In this document: in pieces, positions 37,253 through 45,556 of the stretch
Numbering within the stretch: the first letter of the stretch is position 1
Layout: every line of letters starts with the position of its first letter
From: a virus
Taxonomy: Duplodnaviria > Caudoviricetes
IMG/VR virus record: IMGVR_UViG_3300044538_000006
Span: 1 to 47,464 of that record
Reading direction: 5' to 3' (one strand)
DNA: 47,464 nt
Translations under genes and position numbers: made by a program
The notes under the pieces: generated by a model
What the model saw: only the letters and a program-made list of their open reading frames with translations
Databases searched by the model: none
What the model was told of the DNA's origin: nothing

Positions 37253-38181
37253 GCGTGTTCCTCCTTTTTGATCCAATAATTTAGGACCTTCTGAAGAGTG
37301 TCGTCAGCAACCATTTCATAGAGAGCTTTTGCACCATGCTTATGACGGTGGAATGTTGCGGCCGCCGTAAAATAAAGATTGGTCTCATACTCCGTTTTGA
37401 AAGTGTGCTTCAAACATTCTTCAGGTGTGAACTTCGAGATGTTGCAGATTGCTCGATACACCTCATGTGGTTCAAACGTGCTTGGCATTTTATTCATAAC
37501 ATGCGGCCAAACAGGTTCTACTTCGATAACTCCAATCCGCTCAAGGTCTGTTTCATAGAGGTGGAATGAAGATGCATAGTGAACGTATGCTCCCATGGGG
37601 ATGCCAGTTTTGACTGAGATGTATTCCTGTAGGAAGGTGAATGTAAATACATCATTGGTCAACCCGAGGATTACGTCATTACTGCGCATCATTACTTTCA
37701 TATTCAGTCGTCCGTCTCGAACGAGGAAATGAAAGTTGAGAGTACATGGGGTATTGAGGCCACCACCGCCGAGCAGATCGATTGCACCCATGTAAATGGA
37801 AATTACTGCTCGACGAGTATGAGGATCCTTCTTCAGCATCTCAATCGTCAAATCAAGTTGCTGAGATGTGTGGATGCGGTTGCCGTATGACCCATCAATT
37901 GTTCTCCCGTTCGTTGAGAAGCGAGAAAAGTTTGGAACGAACTGAACAAGTGGCGCAAGTAAGTTGTCACCAACAAGAAATGAAAGTGAGTCAGTGATTG
38001 CGAAACCCAAGTTCATTTTGCGCCATCGCTCAGTAGCAATTCGATCGAGTGGATTTTCAATCTTGAAAAGAAAATCTTCAATCTCGACCGTATCCCCTCT
38101 TACAGAAGGAACCTTCAGCCCGTAGTCTGAAGTAAATTCAACGAGCCGTGAAAGCTCACGTGGAGAAAACTCTAACATCAT
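37249..38181 (-). CDS. Thymidylate-synthase-fold dCMP-modifying enzyme (T4 gp42 dCMP hydroxymethylase-like)
   Basis: DPHTRRAV, catalytic PCT, MRSNDVILGLTND (Asp at the dUMP/dCMP specificity position, cf. gp42 RSNDVVFGFRND), SFHLY. Confidence 0.85.
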   Translation of the reverse strand: MMLEFSPRELSRLVEFTSDYGLKVPSVRGDTVEIEDFLFKIENPLDRIATERWRKMNLGFAITDSLSFLVGDNLLAPLVQFVPNFSRFSTNGRTIDGSYGNRIHTSQQLDLTIEMLKKDPHTRRAVISIYMGAIDLLGGGGLNTPCTLNFHFLVRDGRLNMKVMMRSNDVILGLTNDVFTFTFLQEYISVKTGIPMGAYVHYASSFHLYETDLERIGVIEVEPVWPHVMNKMPSTFEPHEVYRAICNISKFTPEECLKHTFKTEYETNLYFTAAATFHRHKHGAKALYEMVADDTLQKVLNYWIKKEEHA

Positions 38182-39161
38182 TTTGCCATCCTTTCCAGTT
38201 GTTCGAGCCACGGTTCTGGCCGCATATACTTATCAACCAACTCCCTGAATGCGTCAATCAGGATTTCGTCTTCAATTGGATAGATGTTTCTAAACTTATC
38301 GCGAAGCTGATAGCCATCACGCACTCGAAGCTTATCGAGGATATTCGCGTACTCACGTGGAAGATTGAATTCAGCAGGAATGAATGGAAGGCAACCTGCT
38401 GTGGCTGCTTCAGCCCATCTGATTGTAACGAAGCCCCTTGAACCATATTCAGGTTTGTGAAGAAGAATTGTTGCCTTCGTTTGCTTCATAGTTTCAATCA
38501 CATTAGCCTGATCCAATCTTCCTTTGAAGTTTACATTGGGCATCATACCCATTGTCGTACGAGGATTGCGGCCCGGTCCATCTTCAGTCCAGTTACCATA
38601 AACTTCAGTTGGGTATTTTTCAGAAAATGGAACCAGGAACCTGATCGCTTGTTCGAGGCGCTCATAGTTGTTTCCAATATAAACAAGTTTCGCATCCTGG
38701 AATTGAAAGGTTACCTTGTCAAACTTGTAAGGATTGGGGTAGTGAAGGACGACCTCACCTGGATCAGGATAAAAAGAAGGAGACGCGATCACTCCTCCGT
38801 TTGTAGTAATCCAGTCTCTCGCTTCAAAGGTCATCTTCAGATCCTGGTCATGAATGAGGAATGGGATCTTCTTACGAATACACCACTCAATCAGTTTGTT
38901 CTGCCGATCATAGCAGTTGTTGCGATCCTCATATTGTGGCAGGTTGGGTAGCTCCCATCGCCAGCAGAATACAGCAACGTCAACATCAAACGTTGGTATC
39001 CAATCGACAGACTCTCGAGGAACGTGAGACTTGAACCAAAACGTCTTATGACCAGCTTTCCCAAATTGATCAAAAAGAAATTTAGTCCAGGCACCACCAC
39101 CGCCAGATGTTTTGCCATCACCATCTAGGCCAGGCTCCCATGTATGCCAAAGGATGTTCAT
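38178..39161 (-). CDS. DNA glycosyltransferase, T4 beta-glucosyltransferase-like (GT-B)
   Basis: LVYIGNNYER, EVYGN, FKGRL..NV...Y...FVTIRWAEA...FIPAEF parallel T4 BGT VIYGGSFR, EFFGN, FTGKI..MV, FITLRVWE...LIDEEF. Confidence 0.8.
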   Translation of the reverse strand: MNILWHTWEPGLDGDGKTSGGGGAWTKFLFDQFGKAGHKTFWFKSHVPRESVDWIPTFDVDVAVFCWRWELPNLPQYEDRNNCYDRQNKLIEWCIRKKIPFLIHDQDLKMTFEARDWITTNGGVIASPSFYPDPGEVVLHYPNPYKFDKVTFQFQDAKLVYIGNNYERLEQAIRFLVPFSEKYPTEVYGNWTEDGPGRNPRTTMGMMPNVNFKGRLDQANVIETMKQTKATILLHKPEYGSRGFVTIRWAEAATAGCLPFIPAEFNLPREYANILDKLRVRDGYQLRDKFRNIYPIEDEILIDAFRELVDKYMRPEPWLEQLERMAK

Positions 39162-39760
39162 GCTACTACCTCCTCTAACTGTTCAACGTTTACGATAGGC
39201 GGCAAACTAGGGATCTGATCCTTCAAAAGCTTGCCACCATGTTGATGCTTCATGATGTGGACAACGAGTCTGTCGATATCTGTTTGAGTATCGCCAGACC
39301 AGATGTGCGTGTCGCATTTGGAAAAAGTTGTTACGGCTTTTGTCCACGCGTCATCAAGCTCGGAAGTGACCGGCCACTCCGGAGTGCGGTGGTCCGGATC
39401 ACGATATTTGTAACGCTCCTTCCGAATTTCCTTGGAAGTCTGAAGCACATAGACCTGGGCTTTACAGTGCTTGAGCATTACGTCGATCATATGGGTTGTG
39501 TTCAAGAGAACTTGCTCATCAACCTTTTTGTCCAACGTTCGCATAACAAACTCAGTCAAGTGAAAGCGATCGAGAACGCAGATGGAGCGGCTGTCAATCA
39601 ATGCGAGGTAGTGCTTCGCAAGAAATTCAGCCATGAAAACTGGAGGATGAGCCGTTCGCTGAAACTTGATTACGTATGCTCGACCTCCAAAGGCATCCTG
39701 AATTCGCTTCACTGCTGTAGTTTTGCCGCTATTACGCGGGCCTTCTAAAATATACAGCAT
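39158..39760 (-). CDS. Deoxynucleoside monophosphate kinase (thymidylate-kinase-like)
   Basis: ILEGPRNSGKTT P-loop, VLDRFHLTE, R..RY..R lid. Confidence 0.85.
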   Translation of the reverse strand: MLYILEGPRNSGKTTAVKRIQDAFGGRAYVIKFQRTAHPPVFMAEFLAKHYLALIDSRSICVLDRFHLTEFVMRTLDKKVDEQVLLNTTHMIDVMLKHCKAQVYVLQTSKEIRKERYKYRDPDHRTPEWPVTSELDDAWTKAVTTFSKCDTHIWSGDTQTDIDRLVVHIMKHQHGGKLLKDQIPSLPPIVNVEQLEEVVA

Positions 39761-41044
39761 TCAAAATCTCCGTTTCTCCTCATAGTAGTAGTTTGCCCAG
39801 AAGTAATCTTCGTTATCGCCGGCTCCCATTGAAGCGAGATTTGCAGCGCCAACATCCTTCATGATGTGGTCGAGATTGTAGTAGCCATGGGCTCCCCATC
39901 TTCCAATGAGGTAGACATTCTTTTCCATAAACTGTTTTCGAGCATAAGCAACCTTTGCTCTGTGGCCAACAACAGGGATCGGGTATCCCTTTGAGTAGAT
40001 GGACATGACCTCCGTAACGTCCTCAGGTGAGATGAGATCGAAATTAGCAGCTCTAAGAAGGGCCACAATTGAAGCTCCCATTGCTTTGTTGCTTGATGTC
40101 TCAATGGTCGGTTGACTCGTAATTGCCTTTTGTGGCATCTCAATGAGAAGTGAGTCACTTCCTTTCGGAGCCATCCCATCGTGGTACCTACTCAGCAAAG
40201 TGATGCGATGAACTGGAGACTGATTGTCAGTCCCATTGTACCACCAATGGAAGTCTTCCTTGATGCGACGCTTGAGACCAATTCCGACTGTGAGAATGTT
40301 GTTGTGTGGTAGCTTCACCTTCGACTCGAGAACCTTCCCAGTCGTATCAAATAGGTTCTCATATTCAATCCATCCCTTGTAAACTGCAGGTGCTTCGCAG
40401 TTGACGTAAACCCGTTTTGCTTCATAGTCAAAGATGGTTGCCCATGTGTTCGTAAATACTCGAACGTCGAATGACGCGCATCTTTCAAGGACAGCCTCTA
40501 AGATGTCTTCGCCTTTCGCATAGTAAAAAGAACCGTTTGGACCCCAATTCCTTGACTTGTTCTGCATCAGAGGAACCCTACCTACGATCCAATCGATGTC
40601 CATCTTATCAGGTTCTGTTGACCAGACTCTTTTGTTGAATGGACGAAGAATTGACTCATAGAACTCATGACCAAATTCCTTGATGAGAAGCCTTTCTAAA
40701 TTCTTTGAAACGCCATCTTTCTCCGACGTAAAGATTGGGATGCCAACGTTGTCATCGTATTGGATTGGATACCCATATTTGTGCTTGTAGTCGAAGTACG
40801 CCTTCCGTTCACCGAAAAATTTTGCATCAGCGTTTTTGAGAAGGAATGAAAGCTCAGCGTCCTTCGTGGTGTACACGTGACCACCAACGTCAAAGGTGTA
40901 ATCTCCTGATGGTGATTTGAACCCTCTCAGTAGTCCGCCAAGGTATGGTGATGCCTCGATAATGAGGGCATCATCAGCGTAGTAGCCAGCTGTCAAGCCG
41001 GCAAACCCAGCCCCAATGATTAGATTTTTTACTTTCATTACCAT
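39761..41044 (-). CDS. FAD-dependent UDP-galactopyranose mutase-like enzyme
   Basis: IIGAGFAGL, FDVGGH, RPFNKRVW, WIVGRV, NWGPNGSF, HR, GYPIP, GRWG..YYNLDH; matches motifs I recall from eukaryote-type UGM. Confidence 0.8.
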   Translation of the reverse strand: MVMKVKNLIIGAGFAGLTAGYYADDALIIEASPYLGGLLRGFKSPSGDYTFDVGGHVYTTKDAELSFLLKNADAKFFGERKAYFDYKHKYGYPIQYDDNVGIPIFTSEKDGVSKNLERLLIKEFGHEFYESILRPFNKRVWSTEPDKMDIDWIVGRVPLMQNKSRNWGPNGSFYYAKGEDILEAVLERCASFDVRVFTNTWATIFDYEAKRVYVNCEAPAVYKGWIEYENLFDTTGKVLESKVKLPHNNILTVGIGLKRRIKEDFHWWYNGTDNQSPVHRITLLSRYHDGMAPKGSDSLLIEMPQKAITSQPTIETSSNKAMGASIVALLRAANFDLISPEDVTEVMSIYSKGYPIPVVGHRAKVAYARKQFMEKNVYLIGRWGAHGYYNLDHIMKDVGAANLASMGAGDNEDYFWANYYYEEKRRF

Positions 41045-41664
41045 GTTACACCTGCCTCGATTACGGTCTTCTCAAACAGCTCTTTTGCTTTTTCCATTTC
41101 TGCGTGTGATCGCATTGCGGCATAATGAGGGATCGTCACCACGTGGATAAGCCTCTTATCTTTGTTGAGCTTAACCATCTTCCATGCGTCAAGCTCTGGC
41201 TTTTTCACGAGTTCACAGAACTGCCTCATGGCCACTTTTCCCATTAGTACTACAATGTTGGGTAAAGGTAACTGAGCCGTCCAACCCATACAGTTTGCCA
41301 CCATGTCCGGTTGAGGCGAAAGGTTGTCCTTCGTACGACAGCGAACTGCGTTCGTATACATGAACTTTCCATTCGTCAACCAACCTTCGCCGAAAATCTT
41401 GCTCATTTGAGCATGACCATGAGATGTAACAAAGTCCACATCATACACGGTCTTGATGGCCTCTGCCGTTGCGCCTTCCTCAACAAGTGCGGAAAGCTGA
41501 AGTCGCCACTTATCATCACTCCCAATCTCTCCTGGATTTTGTGCAATGACAAGAACTGTTGGATTTGAACTGCCAGCAAAAAGGAATGGGGGCAGCTGGT
41601 AAGCCGCCCCTTCACAGAGTCTGCATCCATTGCAACCAAGAATGTAGGGAGATAAATCCATCAT
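41038..41664 (-). CDS. Uracil-DNA glycosylase superfamily protein (family-4-like Fe-S scaffold)
   Basis: CNGCRLC, VLVIAQNPG, YTNAVRCR, NC, IVVLMGKVA, TIPHYAA. Confidence 0.85.
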   Translation of the reverse strand: MMDLSPYILGCNGCRLCEGAAYQLPPFLFAGSSNPTVLVIAQNPGEIGSDDKWRLQLSALVEEGATAEAIKTVYDVDFVTSHGHAQMSKIFGEGWLTNGKFMYTNAVRCRTKDNLSPQPDMVANCMGWTAQLPLPNIVVLMGKVAMRQFCELVKKPELDAWKMVKLNKDKRLIHVVTIPHYAAMRSHAEMEKAKELFEKTVIEAGVTW

Positions 41665-42122
41665 GCCTCCTTTATTTCGCGCCGAATGAGTTCCAATTCC
41701 TCTTCGGTGAAATGAGACGCAAGCACGGCTCCAAGCATGGGCTCGATTACGTCTCCATTCTTGATCCTGACTGAGTAGATACGAATGAGGTTCTTACGAT
41801 ACTTGTGATCGTAGAGCTTAAGCAGATCCTCTCCAGTGAGGCCCAGAAAGATTGCCAGCTCCAAGATGAAGAACACTACATCGATGAGTTCCTCTTTCAT
41901 CTCAGTCGCAGTATTGAATTCCTTCGTCTTCCAGACGCGATTGGCCTTATTGATCAGCTCCAAGATTTCGGCAGCCTCAGTTGAAACCCCAATAGCTGCT
42001 CCAATTTCATCCCGTGAAGGGACGTCTTCGTTCAGGAGAGTGCCCCCATCAGGATCAATGTTGAGCACTCTCATGAACATTTTTTGACGAGCTAACAGGA
42101 GGTCGAGCTCATTCCCAATCAT
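41661..42122 (-). CDS. All-alpha NTP pyrophosphatase (dCTPase/dUTPase, MazG-like)
   Basis: TEAAEILE...WK...KEELIDVVFF...Y..K...N. Confidence 0.85.
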   Translation of the reverse strand: MIGNELDLLLARQKMFMRVLNIDPDGGTLLNEDVPSRDEIGAAIGVSTEAAEILELINKANRVWKTKEFNTATEMKEELIDVVFFILELAIFLGLTGEDLLKLYDHKYRKNLIRIYSVRIKNGDVIEPMLGAVLASHFTEEELELIRREIKEA

Positions 42123-42786
42123 CGTCTTTCTTGCCTTTCTTTGCAGGCTTGGCTTCCGGCTTGCCCTTCTTTACGGCAGCTTTCTTGGGGGCCTCATCTT
42201 CCTCTTCCTCGGTCTCATCATCCTCGTCTTTGGCTTTCTTCGAAGCTGATTTTCCGCCGAGCAGGCCAGCCGCGCGAAGGTCGCTTTCGATCGTATCGCG
42301 ATCCTTCACATCAATGTTGGACTCCACAAACTTTGTGGCTTCCTTTTCGGTAACTTCCACTTCGGTGTTCTTCCCAGTGTTGATCACCTGGTACTTGGTC
42401 GCCAGCCCGGTTCCAGTCCGCTTGACGCGGAGCTTCAGGCCAACGATCTCGCCGAGTTCCTCTTCCAGCGTGACCAGCTGTCGTTCGACGGAAATACCGA
42501 AGGCAAACATTTTCATGTCGCCCTCACTGTCAAGGACGGGCAGAAACGCGCGATAGGCCGCCTTGTCGCCAAGCTCGCAGCCTGGGCAACCTTCGTCTGT
42601 GCCATCAAGGCAGGCGAATGTAACTGCAGGGTTTACGGTCCAGAAAGCATGGAGGTCGATCGACACGATCTGCTCGGTCGGAAGAATGGGTACGATTGTG
42701 ACGGGCTCGTCCTCTTTGACCGCGATGAACGTTTTGTTCCCACGACCACTCGACGGACCCTTACGAATAACGGACTTTGCTTTCAT
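42109..42786 (-). CDS. ssb: Single-stranded DNA-binding protein (T4 gp32-like)
   Basis: H...C...CPGC zinc ligands, VKRTGTG..TKYQV, acidic tail ending DDDWE. Confidence 0.75.
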   Translation of the reverse strand: MKAKSVIRKGPSSGRGNKTFIAVKEDEPVTIVPILPTEQIVSIDLHAFWTVNPAVTFACLDGTDEGCPGCELGDKAAYRAFLPVLDSEGDMKMFAFGISVERQLVTLEEELGEIVGLKLRVKRTGTGLATKYQVINTGKNTEVEVTEKEATKFVESNIDVKDRDTIESDLRAAGLLGGKSASKKAKDEDDETEEEEDEAPKKAAVKKGKPEAKPAKKGKKDDDWE

Positions 42787-42804
42787 TTCAACTCCTTAAG
42801 AATA

Positions 42805-43335
42805 TTTTGCCGCCTTTATGTAGCCTATCCGACTACAAGGGTTGGCGGCAAATCCCAGAAACATGATGTACGGTCATTTAGGCAAGTTCTAGTAGAATTC
42901 AGTTTCAATGGTTTCGTATCTAGCGTTTCCCTGTGCGTTCGCCGTCAAGCTTAGCCTCGGGGACTGTTATCGTAAGCGTCATACCTCCCGCAGCGAGGTA
43001 AGGACTGATCACCATTCAGTGGCCATATTTCGGGTTATGCCCGTGCCTATAGCTTACGAAAAGCGGTGGAGCACCTCCTTATAAAGAAGAGTTTTGTTGG
43101 GTCCCAAAACCAGCCGCGTCAAGATCGCGTTGTTGATGACGAAGGCAATAGTTATGTCTTGCACCGGAAACTGCAAAGGAGGACTGACTTCGTAAGCCAG
43201 CCACCCGTTGCGTCTTCGATTTAGGACACCCTCGCCTACGTTGCTGTATTGTCCCAACAGTCTTGAAAAGAGAGCCACGTGAGAGTCGAACTCACATACC
43301 CGGTTGGCTCTGTTACATATTCTATTGTAGATGTA
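42805..43335 (-). ncRNA. Candidate ~530-nt structured RNA / long ssb leader
   Basis: TATAAT at 43342-43347; many hairpins, one loop-loop complementarity and a 5' tRNA-like minihelix; no credible ORF. Confidence 0.5.
43271..43311 (-). other. tRNA-like minihelix (acceptor-like stem + T-arm; no anticodon)
   Basis: Minus strand AGAGCCA-ACCGGGTAT-GTGAG-TTCGACT-CTCAC-G-TGGCTCT. Confidence 0.6.
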
Positions 43336-43382
43336 TATCCTATTATACTCGACCAGAGTGTGCCTCTGAGCCTCTCTGAGTG

Positions 43383-43550
43383 TCACTGTTTATGATCGAT
43401 ACGGGGGTTGTTAGGTATCCATTGACCTTTGTCATTGAATATGAATAACCTACCCTCATTCATCGCCTTTGTCATTCCCCAGATTGCTGACCACTTTGCT
43501 ATTTGGTAGCCTATGATTATTCCTGCGAGAACTGAAAGTAATACGGTCAT
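43383..43550 (-). CDS. 55-aa single-TM protein (paralog of 31317-31490; absent from ORF track)
   Basis: AAGGAG RBS; MTVLLSVLAGIIIGYQIAKW...; ATGA coupling. Confidence 0.7.
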   Translation of the reverse strand: MTVLLSVLAGIIIGYQIAKWSAIWGMTKAMNEGRLFIFNDKGQWIPNNPRIDHKQ

Positions 43551-43714
43551 TTTCGTTTCTCCTTTATTTGCATTTGATCATAAACTTTATTTTTGTAAGC
43601 CTCATTGAATTCGTCTTCAATTTTCTTGAATTCTTCAAAAGAAATTTTCTTTACGAATTTGTCAATCTTGGCTTGTGAATACTCTTTAGAAATTTGCTCA
43701 AATGTTTTTGTCAT
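43547..43714 (-). CDS. Small hypothetical protein (55 aa)
   Basis: GGAGG RBS before ATG 43714 (MTKTFEQ...). Confidence 0.7.
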   Translation of the reverse strand: MTKTFEQISKEYSQAKIDKFVKKISFEEFKKIEDEFNEAYKNKVYDQMQIKEKRK

Positions 43715-43786
43715 AAATCCTCCAACAATGAAGGCTCTCTCCTGCAGCAGCCGTTCAGCGAAACGTTCTGCAGGAGAGAGTCGAAT

Positions 43787-43822
43787 AAAAGTGCCTACTA
43801 CAAAAGGAGGAAGAGTAGGCAC
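43787..43822 (-). terminator. Intrinsic terminator-like hairpin
   Basis: Minus strand GTGCCTACT...AGTAGGCAC-TTTT downstream of the vWA gene. Confidence 0.65.
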
Positions 43823-43837
43823 GCATCGAAATGATGC

Positions 43838-45556
43838 CTACTTTCCCAAAATCAATTTTTGTAGACCAGCTTCCAACTTCGCTGGAGTTGTAGCGTCTAC
43901 GTTGAATTTCTCTCCGTAGATTTTGTTGTTGTCTTGGATGACGGAAGGAACCAATGAGAGAGAAATTACCGTGATGCCCTGCTTGCGAGCTTCCTTAATC
44001 ATATCGATCGTATGTTGTTCAGGCTTTGCGTAGTGGACTCCAATAGGGCGACCATCTGAGAGGACCAACAGAATTTTTGCTGCGCCACGGGTAAATTTCT
44101 TGACTACGTGATTGATAGCGTGGCCATCATAATTTTCTGTGAGGTCAATTTTGCGGGCTGCTTCGAAACGATCTTCAAAGCTGTTGCTCGTTTTGCCACT
44201 CATACGATATGAGTAGATGTGGAAGACAGTGGGAACGTCTTCGCTTTCTTCATTCACGTGAGACGTATGACCATAAACTGCGTGAGCAATCCCACTGTCC
44301 TTCATCGCTTGACTCATTTTCTTTGTGGTCTCCATAACGTTCCCAATGTGATAGTGCATTGAGCCACTCATGTCGGTCAAGAGAATATATTCTGGCTGCT
44401 TCTTTGAGATGCTCGCAACCGATTCGCCTCGACGTGAGAACATCTTCCCGTCTGTAGCAATCCGCGATAAGCGTGTCTTCACCAAAACTGAACCAGATTT
44501 GCGGGGTTCAGCAAGTGTGGGGACTACCTGGCGGCTAACCTTCAGTTTCTTGATGAAGCCAAAGTCGTCCTTCTTTACTTCGTAGTGCCAGCTGGGGTAG
44601 CTGTCTGCATATTCATTGTTGAGTACGTCAATTTCCTCGAGAGCGGGCATTCTACCAGATCCAGCTTCCTGCCGTTTGATTTCCATGGGCATGATATCCC
44701 CACGTTCGAAAGCTTCCTTCGCCTCTTGCATTGCCTCTTCCATGTCAGCGTCACTCATTGAAGAATTGCTCGACTGACTCTTTCCAGCCTGAGTGTCTTC
44801 AAAGATTTGATAAAGCTTGTGAGCTTGGCCAACCGCGTCAGCCATTGGTGAGATTGCTGCTTCGAGGATGTCAATTGCTACATCAAGTTTTGCAGCCTTG
44901 AGCATTTGATTGATCGCATTGCGTGAGCTCGCGTTCTTGTAAAAAGGTAAAGTCTCCAACACGATACTCTTCAGATCAGTCCCATATTTCTTTTGAGCAT
45001 CCGCCAAGATTTGAGTGAAGCGGCTGGTTGTGAAGAGCAATTCGTTTTTGCCAACGATGTAGGTATTCAATTCATCGTGACGAGTGGCCTTTGCCTCATT
45101 CTTCAGATCCTCAGTCAATTGGAGCATGTTAGTGAAAAGGTTGGGATTGCTGTGTTCGTTGATTGTGTTCTGCATTGCGGGAGTCCACAAATACTGGGAG
45201 TGAGCTACGTGAAGAGCCTCGTGAATTGAAGAACCATTCACCAGCATGAGGGCTACTGAAGTTGCCTCTTTGTCAGAGAGCTGACGACCAATGAACTTTT
45301 CTAATGACTCGCGATGGCAATACCAAGCTGGAATTTTGATGTCGGAATGTCGGTTCGTTCCAGCCTGAGCTCCAGACTCAAATGAGACACTCATCGACCG
45401 AATTGCGTTAGCCGATTTTTCCAAGTCAAGAGTTACGTTTGCGAGCTGTTCGGTCCCACGAATGAGTGAGACGAAGCGTGGTGACTCGATCGAAGGAAGG
45501 TCAATGAAGCCGTATTGTTCCTTGATTACCTTTTGGGCCGATTTTACTGGATCCAT
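43838..45556 (-). CDS. vWA (MIDAS) domain protein with N-terminal HExxH (CobT-like partner of MoxR ATPase)
   Basis: IHEALH..ED; LLTDMSGSM, ENYDG, LVLSDGRP. Confidence 0.85.
   Translation of the reverse strand: MDPVKSAQKVIKEQYGFIDLPSIESPRFVSLIRGTEQLANVTLDLEKSANAIRSMSVSFESGAQAGTNRHSDIKIPAWYCHRESLEKFIGRQLSDKEATSVALMLVNGSSIHEALHVAHSQYLWTPAMQNTINEHSNPNLFTNMLQLTEDLKNEAKATRHDELNTYIVGKNELLFTTSRFTQILADAQKKYGTDLKSIVLETLPFYKNASSRNAINQMLKAAKLDVAIDILEAAISPMADAVGQAHKLYQIFEDTQAGKSQSSNSSMSDADMEEAMQEAKEAFERGDIMPMEIKRQEAGSGRMPALEEIDVLNNEYADSYPSWHYEVKKDDFGFIKKLKVSRQVVPTLAEPRKSGSVLVKTRLSRIATDGKMFSRRGESVASISKKQPEYILLTDMSGSMHYHIGNVMETTKKMSQAMKDSGIAHAVYGHTSHVNEESEDVPTVFHIYSYRMSGKTSNSFEDRFEAARKIDLTENYDGHAINHVVKKFTRGAAKILLVLSDGRPIGVHYAKPEQHTIDMIKEARKQGITVISLSLVPSVIQDNNKIYGEKFNVDATTPAKLEAGLQKLILGK

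Noticed and set aside
37249-38181. Ordinary thymidylate synthase or hmdU/thymidine hypermodification
   Set aside because: The specificity residue is Asp (dCMP type) rather than Asn; no dCMP deaminase, 5hmU DNA kinase or aGPT-Pplase recognised
39761-41044. Protoporphyrinogen/amine oxidase or host cell-wall auxiliary gene
   Set aside because: UGM-like motifs and tight coupling to the DNA GT and kinase favour a donor-sugar role; a surface-glycan role is not formally excluded
42975-43010. HDV-like/theta ribozyme (CCTCGCT loop-like sequence)
   Set aside because: I could not build the nested P1/P2/P3/P1.1 pairing; it folds as a simple hairpin
43271-43311. Functional tRNA gene or tRNA-derived attP
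   Set aside because: No D or anticodon arm and no CCA; no integrase in the genome; the element is self-closed by its own stem
43054-43386. 110-aa minus-strand ORF
   Set aside because: No clear RBS, runs across a TATAAT promoter and dense RNA hairpins, and the protein has no recognisable features
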